From NCBI GenBank assembly GCA_013239625.1, contig MU053379.1:318490-382489 (forward strand): a DNA stretch of 64,000 bases, written 5' to 3'. Of the stretch, positions 25,155 through 37,650 are shown piece after piece (position 1 is the first letter of the stretch; each line of letters opens with the position of its first letter). Position numbers and translations under genes: made by a program. This DNA comes from Lama guanicoe (Eukaryota). The notes under the pieces are model-generated. The model saw only the letters and a list, made by a program, of their open reading frames with translations. It had not been told where the DNA came from and did not search any database.

Positions 25155-25800
25155 AACTTATTAGAGTTCTTATATTTAAAGTGGGTTTTGGGGGGAGGAT
25201 ATAGCTCAAGTCATAGAGTGCATGCCTAGCATGCACAAGGTGCTAGGTTCAATTCCCAGTACTGCCTCTAAAAAATAATAAAATAAATAAATAAACCTAG
25301 TTACCCCCTCCCCCCAAAAAATAAAGTGGGTTTTGTATAAATAATATATACTTGGATCCTATTTTTTACCTGACAGTCTCAATCTTTTAACTGGTAAATT
25401 TAGACCACTGATTGAAAGTTTATTAATACATTTGGCTTAACATCAGCCATGTTTGTAACTGTTTTCTTTACCTAAGTATAAGAATTTTTGTTTTTGTATT
25501 TATCCCGTTTGATGATCTCTGAGCTTCTTAGAGCTGTGGATTGGTGTAAGTCATTAATTTTAGAAAGTTCTCAGCTATTATTACCTCAGATACTTTCCCT
25601 GCTCTTCTGTTTCTATCTTCTCCTTCTAGTATTTCAATTATATGTCTGCTACATCTTTTGAAATTGCTCCACAGTTGTTGGATGTTCCGCTCTGCTTTTA
25701 TCATTCTTTTTTCTCTTTGCATTTCAGTTTGGGAAGTTTGTATTGCCCGATCTTCAGGCTTACTGATTCTTTCCTCAGCCTTGTCTAGTCAACAGCGTTT
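25155..25800 (-). mobile_element. Old degenerate L1, right part of the host (ORF2 start and ORF1 remnant)
   Basis: Continues the endonuclease-coding sequence across the TSD (resembles young L1 21911-22085); 25528-25722 translates to the ORF1-like QQLWSNFKR...EVIIAENFLKLM. Confidence 0.8.
25191..25321 (+). mobile_element. tRNA-derived SINE (Vic-1-like)
   Basis: GGGGGAGGATATAGCTCAAG...GGTTCAATTCCCAG, (AAAT)n, C-rich end; perfect 14-bp TSD TAAAGTGGGTTTTG at 25177-25190 and 25322-25335. Confidence 0.9.
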
Positions 25801-27904
25801 CCTTTTAATTATTTCTCAGAATGTCCATCTCTCTGCTTATCCTGTCAGTCTATTCTCGCATCTGATCTTGTCAATTTTTCCACTAGATTCCTAGTTGGGT
25901 TAAGCCAAAATGTGCTGCAAGTTTGTTTTTTTTTAAATAAAACCTTACATGCAGTATGAATATATGAGTCTACAATATCAACCAATGTAGTGAACATAAC
26001 CACCAAGTTATACTAATAATTTTTCTAGGTTTTTTTTTTAACATTTTTAGTTTTTCTAATATTTTGAATAGATGTTTTTAAGAGACTATTTTGGAAATTT
26101 AGCAAGAAAATCATAATTTTTATAAAAATACATAGATGTGCATCTGATTTAAAGCAACATGCTCAGACAGAACATTCTTTAATGAGACATTCTCATCGAA
26201 GTCTGCTTACAGTTTCACTTGAGAAAAAACATAGGAAGCCTAAAAACTAATGATATCCAGTGGGCTTTCCTGATTTTTTTAAAGGCTGAATTGTGGGAAA
26301 CGAAGTAATATACTTACACACATGGAAAGTTGCCACCTTCTTTAACCAGCTTTGTCTAAGTTTATTTTACCTTTAATTGCCTTTGCACTGAATACTGGGG
26401 GAAAAAAAGACAATGTAGAAGAGATGATGGTAAATAATAGGTTCTTCCATTTCAAAGAAACTTCTTTTTCTTTGGACCTACTTAGGAGGTAGGCATTTTA
26501 GAATTATTCTGTATATGCACATAAAAAGAGACCCTGGGAATCCTCTCTCTGAGCCAGCCATGAACATCTTGTGACTTAACTACCCAAAACTTCAAGCAAA
26601 GAAAGAATTGACATTACTATTTTATTTTCTATTCTACTCATTGATTTTTGGCCACTGACAAATGAGAACAATTCATGGGAAAGTAATATGTTTTAATCTC
26701 TCCATGTCTCAGTAGACATAGAAGTGAAAAAGCAAGAAGTAGCCTGTGAGGAGTAGATATCGGGAAAGACACTCCAAGAAGCGGGCGCTTTGTATAGAGC
26801 CAACATCAATTCACTGTGTCCATCCTCTGCTCACATCCTTCATTTATAGTTCATCTATTGCTCACTTCCTAATTTCCCTGGTTAGACTCCCAGGCATAAG
26901 CCATCACCCTGGTGAAGCGATAGCTGGAGCCCAACCATTTTATATCTAGAATGTTACTTAGAGATAAAGTAGTCCTTACTCATTTTGCAAAAGAGGAAGC
27001 TGAAGTTCTGTAGGAGTTCAGTGATCCACCCAAGCTCACACCACTAGAACAAGCACAGGGCAACCATCATTCCTCCCTGGCTGCCATCTTGCTTTCTTTT
27101 ATAACAGCAAACCCGCCAACAACAGATCAGAACGTTGAGTGACCCCTGCATGGAGATGCCTGTTTCTCCAGTTTCATTTTGTTGACAAAGGGAGGGGTTT
27201 GAGGGAAGCGTGAGACACTTTTTATTTCAATATATTTTCCTCAGGTAGGTTGTCCTATGTTTTTCCTTTGGGCCATTAATTGACATTGCACAATACATAA
27301 AAATAACCCAGGTTCTTAACATTCATGTTTGCAGTAAGAACACCTGATTATATAACTTTCTATCAGTCCTATGGGCAAAGGCCACAGCCCTGGCCTCTCC
27401 AAGGACTTCTCCTTCCTGGGGCTTCCCCTTTCTTGTAAAGAGCCAGCTTCTCCCAAGGTAATGCACAAGGTGTAATCCTCCTGTTTATGTAACAAGTCCC
27501 CTTTTCTCTGCAGAGAAGACAAGTTCTTGGGCTCTGCAGTGAGCCTGTGACCATGCTAACTGCCCCTTTGGTGGCGGTGGAGTCAGACAGCCTCTCTGCC
27601 ACGATGCTCCCTGGCTCCTAGCTGGGTCCATGTCCCACAGCTCCAATTCAGGGATGGCTGATCCTGCTTATTGCATTTGGAATCTTTCTCTTTATGGGTT
27701 TGGTTCTTTCCAGCTTTTATCCTAAGAATGTTTGCTCTCTGCACCCAATCTTCTCTCCAATTCAGTCAATATTTGTTTTCTGCATCAACACTCTTTCCTT
27801 TCAGGTGTTTGCCTGATTGCAGTGTTTGTCTTTCTTGCTCACTTTCACTTCCTTTTAATTCTCTCACTGTTGAATTTCTTCTAAAAATAGCTTTGGAATC
27901 AAAG

Positions 27905-28112
27905 AAAGGCAAATTAGGGGTATGGAATTAAGAGATACAAACTACTGTGTATAAAATAGAAAAGCAACAATGCTATATTGTTTAGCAGAGGGAATCATAG
28001 CCATTGTCTTATAATAACTTTTAATGGGGTATAATCAATCAAAATACTGTATCACTATGCTGTACACTTGAAACTAATGTAATATTGTGAAGCAGCCATA
28101 TTTCAATAAAAA
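27905..28112 (+). mobile_element. L1 3'UTR fragment
   Basis: AGATACAAACTACT...ATCACTATGCTGTACACTTGAAACTA...TTCAATAAAAA, similar to 56575-56790. Confidence 0.8.
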
Positions 28113-28639
28113 TTTACCATTTATATCTCCCTGGGTCCCTTCAGCTGGCCCGTGACTCCTAATCCTCCTTGCTTCCTATGAACAATGACCTCCATGTTCA
28201 ATGATTCCTCTTTGTACAAAATAACAAACCGTGACATGCATGTCTTTTTTTTTTTTTCAGTATAAGGCTTTCTAATGAAGTTTGTCTACTGGTGAACATG
28301 GAGTCTGCCTGAAAAACAATAAGAAAAAAAAGATGAGGATGTCTTACCAATAAATACCCCTAAATTCATCAGCTTCAAAGAAATGCTACCCAGTCTGACA
28401 AAGGTTACGTGATGTATCTGGAATCAGTGGCTTAGGCATCACTGACTTCCCTGCCTCTGACATCTATAAGAAATGACTCAGAGACATCACACCTACTGTT
28501 CCCTCTGCCATGAAGGCTCTGTCTCCTACTTATGGCCTCACTAATTCCTACTTACACTTCAAATCATGAATTAATAGCACTTCTTTGGAGAAGCGTTCAC
28601 TGACCTTCTGGATTAAATTATATATTTTTATTTGATCCT

Positions 28640-28860
28640 CAAGTCTACAACCCAGACCTCTCCTTTGAACCACAGATTCTGTTATCCAACCACCTACTTA
28701 GAATCTTTAACGGATGTCCAAAAGACATCTTAGACTTAACGAATACAAATTGAGCTCTTCATTTCCCCCTCAAACCTGTCTTTATCCACTGGTGTTCCCA
28801 TTTCAGTAAATGTCACCATAATTTACCTGGTTACTCAAATCAAAAATTTTAGAGTCACCT
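28640..28860 (+). mobile_element. L2 fragment (continues at ~29241-29410)
   Basis: CCCAGACCTCTCCTTTGAAC...ATCCAACCACCTACT...CCCATTTCAGTAAATGTCACCA. Confidence 0.65.
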
Positions 28861-29240
28861 ATCTTAGGTTGGATCCCTTAGAAGCAGAGCCTGAGCTAGA
28901 GATTCTTGTGTAAGTAAAGTATCATGAGGAAGGCCATCAAAAAAATCTGTTAAGGTGTGGGGGAAGGTATAAGGGCAGGAGAAGCCTGGCAAAGTCTAGT
29001 CTGATGCTGCAAGGAGACTGGAGCATGAATGGCACCAGAGTTGGCTCACTGTAAGGCAAGGGGCTGGGTCTTCTTGTTCCAATATCAGTGAGTCACTGGT
29101 TACAAGCTTCCCCAGCTACCCTAACATTTACATTGACTAAGGTCAACTCTCCAGAGAAGAAGGCAGCTAGGAAGTCAGTTGCAGGATGGATGGACCAGCC
29201 TGGTGAAGAGATACGCCTGGAGCACTGACAGAGTCTACTA
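28861..29240 (-). mobile_element. ERVL-class LTR (LTR16/LTR33-like) interrupting an L2 fragment
   Basis: TCTTAGGTTGGATCCCTTAGAAGCAGAGCCTGAG signature; L2-like sequence on both sides. Confidence 0.6.
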
Positions 29241-30029
29241 CACCATCCTGAATTCCTTTCTTCCTCTCACAGAATTGCCTCTTCCACATCCAGTCAATCA
29301 GCAGATCCTGGCAGCTCTAACTTCAAATTTCATCCCAACACAAACCTTCTCCCAGTATTTTATCAACATCACCTTAGCCCAAACTACCATCTCTCACCTG
29401 GACTACTATGGATCCTCTTGTCAGGAGCCTACTCCTCCCTCCTACAAGAAGTAGGAAATAAAAGATCTAAGACTGCTTCCTCAGAGATACAGTCTAAGAC
29501 CAAGATATGACCCATCAGGGAAAAAAGGGGAAAGGCGCACTTATTCCTATAGAATGTATATTCCCAGAGAATGGCTCCCCTTAGCAAACCTGGACGGATG
29601 AGACTGAGTGGCCCAGCACACCCAAAGGAAGGGTGCTCCAATCCAGGGAGCAGTGGGTCAGCGAAGGAAGCTAATGAAAGGAACGACAAAGAGGCACTGA
29701 GAGAGACCCCAGAAGTCTCAGCCAGTGGATGTCATAATTCGTGTCCCTCTGACAAGACCAGTCCCACTTCAACTTAACCTGTTACCATTCGAGTCATCCA
29801 CCCAGATCCCTCACACCTTTGTTCTGATTCCATGCTCACCAGGTATACAGAAGGCAAAAAGAACTTGAGTGGTCCTAGAACAATGACATTTTATTCTCAT
29901 TGTAAGAGATACATGGGCATTCCAGTCTTATTCACCAGCACGTTGAATTAAAAAGCCACCCAGTGATAGATTTCCCAGCCCGTGTGTTTGAGAGCCAGAT
30001 GCTGAACGGCAGCAAATTCTGCAGGATGT

Positions 30030-30570
30030 ATGGCAGATTCTAGTTTCCATAAATGGCCACATCAGGAGCTCTGGTTCCACATGATCTTTCAGACCTTTGT
30101 CATGCTCCCATCAAGAAGTGGAGCTCAATTTCCCCTCCTCTTGAATTTCTGTGGTCCTTTGTTACTGCTTGAATGAATGTGCTGCGAAATTCCCAAGACT
30201 GTATCATCAAACGCAATACAGCTTCTACCTGGCACTTGTTCTTTTGGGACGTTCACCCTTTGAGTCCACCACCACGTTATAAGGAAGTACAGGCCTCGGG
30301 GCTAGGCCACCAATTGGTGTTCTGGATGACAGCCTCGGCTAAGATCCCAGCCACCAGCCAGTATCAACAACCAATCATATGAACAGAAGAAACTTTGGAT
30401 GCTTCCAGCCTCAGGATTCAGGCCTCCTCAGCTGACGTTGTGTGGAGCAGAGATGAGCCGCCCTCACCTAGCCACAGCCAGATTGCAGGTGCATAGGAAA
30501 AACAAATGCTGGGGTTTTTTTAAGCCACTAAGTTTTGGGGTGTTTTTGATACATGGCAATAGGAAATCAG
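30030..30570 (+). mobile_element. MaLR LTR (MLT1-like)
   Basis: CCCATCAAGAAGTGGAG...TTTAAGCCACTAAGTTTTGGGGTGTTT. Confidence 0.7.
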
Positions 30571-31109
30571 GCAAAAGGAAACCTGCCTAAAACTGGCAGA
30601 TCAGCCTAATACTGCCATTCAACTACATGAACCTTTTATTAATTCTTTGTTTATGTTCATAGCTCCTATGGTCCTTGGACCCCACTTCTATTACATGGGA
30701 ATATTCATATCTGCTCAGGGCCAGTCTTATACACTGGGGGACTTGGATGAGTCCATTCATTCATGTGATGCCACAGCTTTTTCTGAGTCCTTTTCTCACA
30801 CTCAGTTTGTTTTATGTACCCTGGGTACAACTTTCCTATCTACCCTCACTTTCCTGATGGTTTCACTGAGTTGCATACCTTTAACAAAATGTGCATGCTG
30901 TAGACTGTACCACTTGACCTCCAGCCTGGACCTCACCCTGAACTCTAAATCAAGCTGCTCACTTGATCTCTACATTTGGGTGAAGAACAGGCACCTCAAA
31001 CTCAGTGCTCAAAACGGGGCTCCTGGGCTCCTACTACCTCCAAAGTGTTCCTCCCAGTCTTTCTCATCCCAGTAAATGGCAATTCTGTATTTCCAGTTTG
31101 CTCAGACTG

Positions 31110-31552
31110 AAAAATCAGAGAGATGAGGGTGGGAGAAAGAGAGATAAGATGAGAGATATTTATTATAAGGAATTGACTTCAGTGATTATGAAAACCAGCA
31201 AGTCCCAAGATCTGTAGTTTTCAGCAAGATCAGCAAGCTGGAGACTCAGGAGAGCTGACAGTGTAACTCCAGCCCAAAGACCAGCAGGCTTGAGACCCAG
31301 GAAGAGCCCATGTGTCAGCTTGAGTCCGAAGGCAGGAAAAATTCTCTCATATTCATGGGAGGGTTCACTTTTTTCGTTCCCTTCAAGACTTCAACTGATT
31401 GGATGAGGCCCACCACATTAGGGAGGGCAATCCGTTTCACTCAGTCTACTGATTTATGTGTCTGGGTGTTCAGAAATACCCCCCAAAATGTCTGAGAAAA
31501 CACCTGGGTACCCCAAAGCCCAACTGAGTTGACACATAAAACTAACATCACA
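31110..31552 (-). mobile_element. ERVL LTR (MLT2B-like)
   Basis: ATTTATTATAAGGAATTG...AAGTCCCAAGATCTG...TCAACTGATTGGATGAGGCCCACC...GTTGACACATAAAACTAAC. Confidence 0.8.
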
Positions 31553-31569
31553 AATGACAACAGCAGTGT

Positions 31570-31882
31570 TTTCCTCTAACCCTCATTTACCAGTTGTGGG
31601 AGCCCCTGCCTTGGCTCCTAGTGGCTTGCACTGTGCTGCCTGTCTTCACAGGATGCCGGAGCTGAGGGCCAGCAGGCAGAGAGAGCTGGGAGTGCCTTGG
31701 AATTTGCCTCCCAGGGTGGACCTAGGACAATAACTGATGATGTAGGGGTACAAAGCCCCTGCCTCAACTTCGGACTTCCTTCTCCCCCTTCCTGGGTTCT
31801 CCTGGGGTCAGTTCTTTAACAAAGCATTTCCATGTGAACTTTTATCTCAGGGTCTGGCTCTGAGGGAACCTGGCCTTAAGAT
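31570..31882 (+). mobile_element. ERVL-class LTR (LTR16-like)
   Basis: Ends TCTCAGGGTCTGGCTCTGAGGGAACCTGGCCTTAAGATA. Confidence 0.6.
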
Positions 31883-32011
31883 AGCAGCCTTTTTTGTCAT
31901 ACCTCATTGGCTTTCATAAATACTGCCATTTCCTTCTTAAAGTTTTAGGAGATAATCTGAAGTTTACTAAAGATTTATCATCATCAAATGGTCAATTAAA
32001 AGCATCCTTTC

Positions 32012-32150
32012 ACACAGAGAACACAGAGGAAAAAATGTGACAATGAATATATATATGTTCATGTATAACTGAAAAATTGTGCTCTACACTGGAATTTGAC
32101 ACACCATTGTAAAATGATTATAAATCAATAAAAAATGTTAAAATAAAACA
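32012..32150 (+). mobile_element. 5'-truncated L1 3' end closely related to the full-length L1
   Basis: Aligns by eye to the reverse complement of 17965-18095; TSD AAAAG(C/T)ATCCTTTC at 31998-32011 and 32151-32164. Confidence 0.9.
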
Positions 32151-32876
32151 AAAAGTATCCTTTCTGTAGGAATCACTAAGAAGCAAGCCTCAGAGTTAGG
32201 AAGGTGTGAGCTCTGGAGTCAGTATTTCATCCTAGTCCTCTGTGAGCATGAAGAAAGTCACCCTTGCCTCAGTGTCCTCTGGGAGAGAACGCTTTCCTCC
32301 CACAAGCCTCCAAGATGAGAATTTGGGGCAGCCTGCCATTTTCGACCCTGTATGATTTCCTGTGAAATGAGAGCACCAGGGAAGAAGCCAACCCTGGAAC
32401 TAATAATAAGACCCAGTTAGCATTTAATTTACACACATGCTGATTTATTTTATAATTGCAGATTGCTGGAGAGGTATGTCTTTCCCGTCCTGAGCCCCCA
32501 GTGACTGCAGAAAGTAATTACAGAAACAGCTCAGCTCTGCTCATAATATGGAAGCTTCGCATCTCTTGAAATGACTTAACCCACGGTGTCATCGAGTGTC
32601 CCCTGAAGAGAACTGGGAGCAAGAAACCCACCTCGAGGAGCAGAATACTCCTTTCCTTTGATCATGTTTAGGAACCTACTTTAATTACCTTTTGGCTCTT
32701 CTCTGTGTAAGAAGGTACCCAGGAGACTAGAAAACACAGTCGTTTAAAGAGCCTGATGATAAACACGGTCTAAGAAAGCCCTCTGGAAAATAGTTACATG
32801 GTGTTCTTTGAAGTGAGGGCATTTCAAGGGATTTTATGCTAGCTGATGAATCTAGGTCATCAAGCTATGGAATTTA

Positions 32877-32934
32877 GCACATGTGCGTGCATGTGCATGT
32901 GCATGCACCACACACACACACACACACACACACG
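32877..32934. repeat. Alternating purine-pyrimidine tract plus (CA)n
   Basis: GCACATGTGCGTGCATGTGCATGTGCATGCAC followed by (CA)~12. Confidence 0.9.
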
Positions 32935-35379
32935 AGTTATCAGTTCTGTAAAGCCTAGTGCCTGAGTGGCCTGTGACGAATGCTGACGCAGTGTAAGAAA
33001 GGAGAGGAAAGAGGACCCACAAATGACTCAATGAACATGTCATTGCTCAAAGCCCTCCTAATGGCCTGGCAGCACTCACAATCCCACTTAGCTGGGACCC
33101 AAAGACAGGCAAGATCTCTGCAGGGCTTTTTCCGCTATACACGTCACCCTTCTCGCCATGTTTGTTTTCCAACCCAGGTTTGGCCTCTTGGCCTTCCCTC
33201 ACCCCGACTTCTGGACCAAGGCTTCAGAGGAGATGAGACGTCCTCCTGTGAAGTTAGGTAGACGTCCCCCAGGTGGATGAACAGAAAGAGATTCCCAACT
33301 AAAGCGCCAGCAACAAAGGGTGAGACCAGAAGACAGAGCCACATGTCTAGAAACTCAGTTCATTATGGTTCAACTCCAGAAGATAAAGGTGGGTAAGTAG
33401 GCGTAATCCGCTTCAAGGAGAAATTCATACTCAGGCAAGGGTTGGAATTTAAATAGCTATGGAAGTGTTTGGTCGGGGGAAGGACACATCCCCTGAGGTT
33501 TTCGGGAAGCTCATTCAAGCAGCTGTGTGGATTTGAGGGAACAGTAACAGAGGCGAGAAGACTGGACAGAGGTTGTTGAGGTCTGCTGGTCCAGGTTGGA
33601 GGGTAAGTACCAGGATATAGAATGGGGGAAGAGGACAGACCCACAGACACATTTGTGAGGTAGAACTGGCAGGAAGAAAGGATGATAGAAGTCAGTGTGA
33701 CTGGAGATGGTGCTGTGGCAGGAGCCCAGAAAGCCTCAGTCTCCTCAGAACCTTTCCCCACCTCTGCAATGGCAGTGAGTGTGTTACGGGCGCTCAGGAA
33801 TTACTTGCTAACTCAGTTGATCTGATAGTCATCTCTCACCTCAGCCATCCTCTGGTAGAGGCAGTAACATGGTGAAATAGCAGATAACGTAACTTTGCAT
33901 AGGTCTCATAAATTTTCTGATTCTGAGTTTATGTATCTATAAAGTGAGCGAGCTGCTCAAAGATCCCAGCTGGCCGTCTCCAGTCCTCAGTCTCCAACTC
34001 CGCCAGTTCTCAGGGGCCAAGCTGACAGCTTCCTCCTGGGGGAACGTTGGCAGAAATCTTGAGAGATGACCAGACTGTAGGAGGATCTTCCAGACCCCCT
34101 CCATACCCTGGGCTAAGCAAGAGACTGCTGCATTTACTGACTTGGTTGTGTTCTTTGCAGGCAGTGAAGCAGTCACATTTCTGCAGTTCCCTTTAGTGGA
34201 GGAAATAAAATGATCTCTGCTGAAGGAGTGGGTTGGAGGGGGTGGACTGTGTTGCCAAGGTAGACTTACTGGGGGTACGAAACTGTGTTTTTATTTAAAG
34301 TGAGTCTCCAGTTGGCTGGGTTGATGCTACCTTTGACACCTACTCAGTGCTTTGAATACAACCTGATTCTTGTGGCTTTGTTCTCTCCGGGCCCTGAAAG
34401 GGGATCCCTGGATTGTTGATAAAAAGCCATTCAGCAACAGCCTGCAAGTGTTTCGGTGATAACATTCTCCTGACTGATTTATCAGAGCTGCCCTGTGCAG
34501 GTGGGAGCCCGTGGCTGGGTCTCCCCAAACAGGTGTTATCAGCTCTGGCCTTGAGGCTTCAGAAACTTGAGCAAAGGACCTAAAGGGAGGGCAGAAAGTT
34601 TCCCAATACAGGCTTGGCCCAGACTTCACCCCGTTTAAGTGGCTTCCCTGCTTCCCTGTGTTGTGCTCTGTTTTCCCTTGTCAATTCTGTGAAGTGTGTG
34701 GGAGGCTATATGGCGAACATGGTGTGCTCCTGATTTAAAAAGAAAGAAAAGACAGGTTCTGTACAGTTCTTCGGCAACCCTTGATTTCTGTGAGAAGGGG
34801 AGGCAGGAATCGCATGTAAGGGAGTGTTCAGGGCTGAAATTCCTTAGTGGGAGTGCTGGAAGGAAAAGAATCTGGACTCAGAAGCTTGGTTTGTAATCTT
34901 ACTGCTTCCTTACCTATGATCATGGCAGGGAGTTATCTAATCTCTGCTGCCTCGTCCAAGTCAGAGACTCCTAGAAATGTACCCCAAATAGTTAACCTCC
35001 CTGATCGAGAACCACTAATGTTAACAGGTAAAAGCCAAGGGAGAAACATCTGTGCTCTCAGATCCTTCCAGCTGCAGAAACTGTCCAAGGTGCTAAAAAG
35101 ATAAAAAGATAAGAATAATCTTTCAGGCAAACCGAGAAACTTCTGAAACAAACAAGACTGTTCTTAAATGCTTCTACCGGGACAACCGGCTTAAACTGGG
35201 GCAAACAGTCCTGCCGAGAGAGCAGCATCCCTTGGGTAAGATTACCCCGGTGAGCATTTCACTGTTGCTCCTCTTCTTATGCCCTGTGACCACAGGCTTT
35301 CTACCATTATGCCTCTATGCACTGGATCACATCTATGGCCCTTTTTGGTCTACTATTTATTGTGTACTATCAAACCATC

Positions 35380-35833
35380 TGTGTAGTAGATTGTTGTAAT
35401 AACAGCTCCCTTATCCATGGCCTTAGGTGTCCCCTTCCACTCAGACTCTGGGCTTGGCCATGTGACTCGCTTTGGCTGGTGGAACATTAGCAAGCAGAGA
35501 CAGAAGGTAGAAAAATGCTTGCACATTAGGGCACAATCTCTTGTCACCTTTAGAATTTGCAATTCTGATTCAAATAATTTCCTGCTGAATAATGAGAGAC
35601 AGCACAGAACAGAAAAGAGCCATTCCAGATGAAGCCATACTTTGGACCTCAGCCCCCAGGCTATTTTGCTGTTGACTGCAGGCACATCAGTGAGCCCACC
35701 TGAGACCAGAATACACCTTTGGCTAAGCCTGTCTTGAATTGCCAATCTACAGAATCATGAGCTAAATAAATGATTTTTGTTTCAGGCCAACAAGTTTGGA
35801 GTGCTTGTTACATAGCAAAAGCTAACCAATACA
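35380..35833 (+). mobile_element. MaLR LTR (MLT1I/J-like)
   Basis: GGCCATGTGACTCGCTTTGGC...CAGAATCATGAGCTAAATAAATG...TTGTTACATAGCAAAAGCTAACCAATACA. Confidence 0.7.
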
Positions 35834-36434
35834 CCTTGTGTTGTTTTAGGAACTAGAGAGATGCTCTACAATTATAGCACTCAGTACTGTACCTGGCATA
35901 TAGTAAATATTCCATAGATGGTAGCCATTACTATCCTGGGGGGTGGAAAGTGCTAAGGAAGTAAGAGTGATGTCGGTGTCCTCAAAGGCTTTCCCACACT
36001 CTGATTCTGTGAGTAAACCTGCTTATATGAAGTGATAAGAGAATAATTCAAAGCACTATGTCTTTGACAACAAAAGTACTCATTACTAATATTCGAATAT
36101 TCCATGAAGATTAGTTCACAGTTTGTACCTGAAGAGTAAAATTGATGATTACATGGAGAACCTTGTTCTGACCCCTAAGACGGAGTGGGTGGGTTGGATT
36201 TCTAGTTACCAAGGTAACCTCTTTCAAGAAGCCCCGAGAGGAGAATTATTCTGTGCGAAGACTTGCTTCGGATCGCACACCAGTGTGGTTCACTGACAAC
36301 ACATCCACAGGAAGTGCAACTATTCAGAGTGGAAACACGTCTGTAAAAGGAGTCAGTCAGCATCGTTTAAAAGTGTCTCGTCTCAACATATGAGAGGACT
36401 TTAGTACAAAGAGTTTAAAATATAAATTTGTCCC

Positions 36435-36565
36435 GTTCTCCCATTTTACAAATGATGAAACTGAGGCCTAAAAAAATTAAACTATAAGCTCAACACTCAG
36501 AGCACATTAATGACAGAACTGGGTGGGAAAATTGGGTTTCCGGACTCCTAGCCCAGTGCTCTTCT
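36435..36565 (-). mobile_element. MIR SINE fragment
   Basis: CCCATTTTACAAATGATGAAACTGAGGC...GACTCCTAGCCCAGTGCTCT. Confidence 0.65.
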
Positions 36566-37189
36566 CATCATTTTGTGTATTGTGTGTGGCTGTCAATGAG
36601 GCAGAATGTATTTTTTAAATATAACATTATTTTAATTATTTAAGGCAGCAATTAATAATTAGCATTTCAAAAATACAGCAAAGCGCAAATTAGACTAAGA
36701 CGTCACATAGCCCTTCCATCCAGAAATAACCATTGTTGATTTTTCATATGTAATCACCTTCTAATCACCTTTTTGCAGACACATACTGTATTTTTAAAAG
36801 AGGAAGAGAGAGCACACTTAATATATTTTAGCTTGTTCTTTTCCTTTTATACTATATTGTAAATATGTGTTCCATGTGATTAAATATCCATCTCTAGCAC
36901 CATCTTATCAGCATAGTTTATCTCCCTGTGGCTTTCATATACACAGGAAAGCTTGACTCTTAAAGTCTGTCCCGAATTTCTTCTGCCTAAGTCAGCCTCA
37001 ATTTGCTCCAGACAAAATTCTAGTGAGTTCCTGGAATCCATAAAGTGGAAAACCACCCTCATCACAGCCTAAGGAATAGAAGCCACAGCCCCAGCCCACA
37101 GCTCCTGGACATCAGGAATAATGCTCAGTGTTGTTCATGGGAAGAGAACTGCATATTAAAATTGCAATTACCTTCTTCTTGTTAAGTTG

Positions 37190-37650
37190 GAAAGGATCAG
37201 CAGGTCTGACAGCACATTGTATTGGAGAGCACGCCGATGTGGGAAACCTACGCTCTGATTGATGCATTACTAGTGAGAAGGGAAATTAGTGCAGTCTCTA
37301 TGGAGAAAAATTTGGCAAAATCTATTAAAATTCCAAGTGCACACATCTTTCAGTTCAGCAATATATTTCTAACACTAGGAAATATCATTTCTAGATTTAC
37401 CGTATTTATCTTCCCAAGTACAAAATGGCATGTGCTTGAAGGTAATGATTAAGGCACAGTTTGTAATCAAGCAAGACTCAAATACCCATATATAAGGGAC
37501 TGGTGACTTCTCCATAAAACAGAAAGTCCCACAGCCAGGCTTTCTATGTACTGATCTGGGTCAAATGCCAAGAACTGATATTAAGTGGGAAAGGCAAAAA
37601 ACAAGATAATACATAGAATGTGTTGCCATTTGTGTAAGATAAAAAATGCA
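37190..37650 (+). mobile_element. Old L1ME-like fragment (ORF2 3' end)
   Basis: Degenerate L1 3' phrases such as TGGAGAAAAATTTGGCAAAATCTATTAAAATT and CAGCAATATATTTCT. Confidence 0.55.

Noticed and set aside
27558..27580. CTCF-like GC motif (also near 43283 and 44660)
   Set aside because: Multiple mismatches to the core consensus; unsupported without PWM scoring or ChIP
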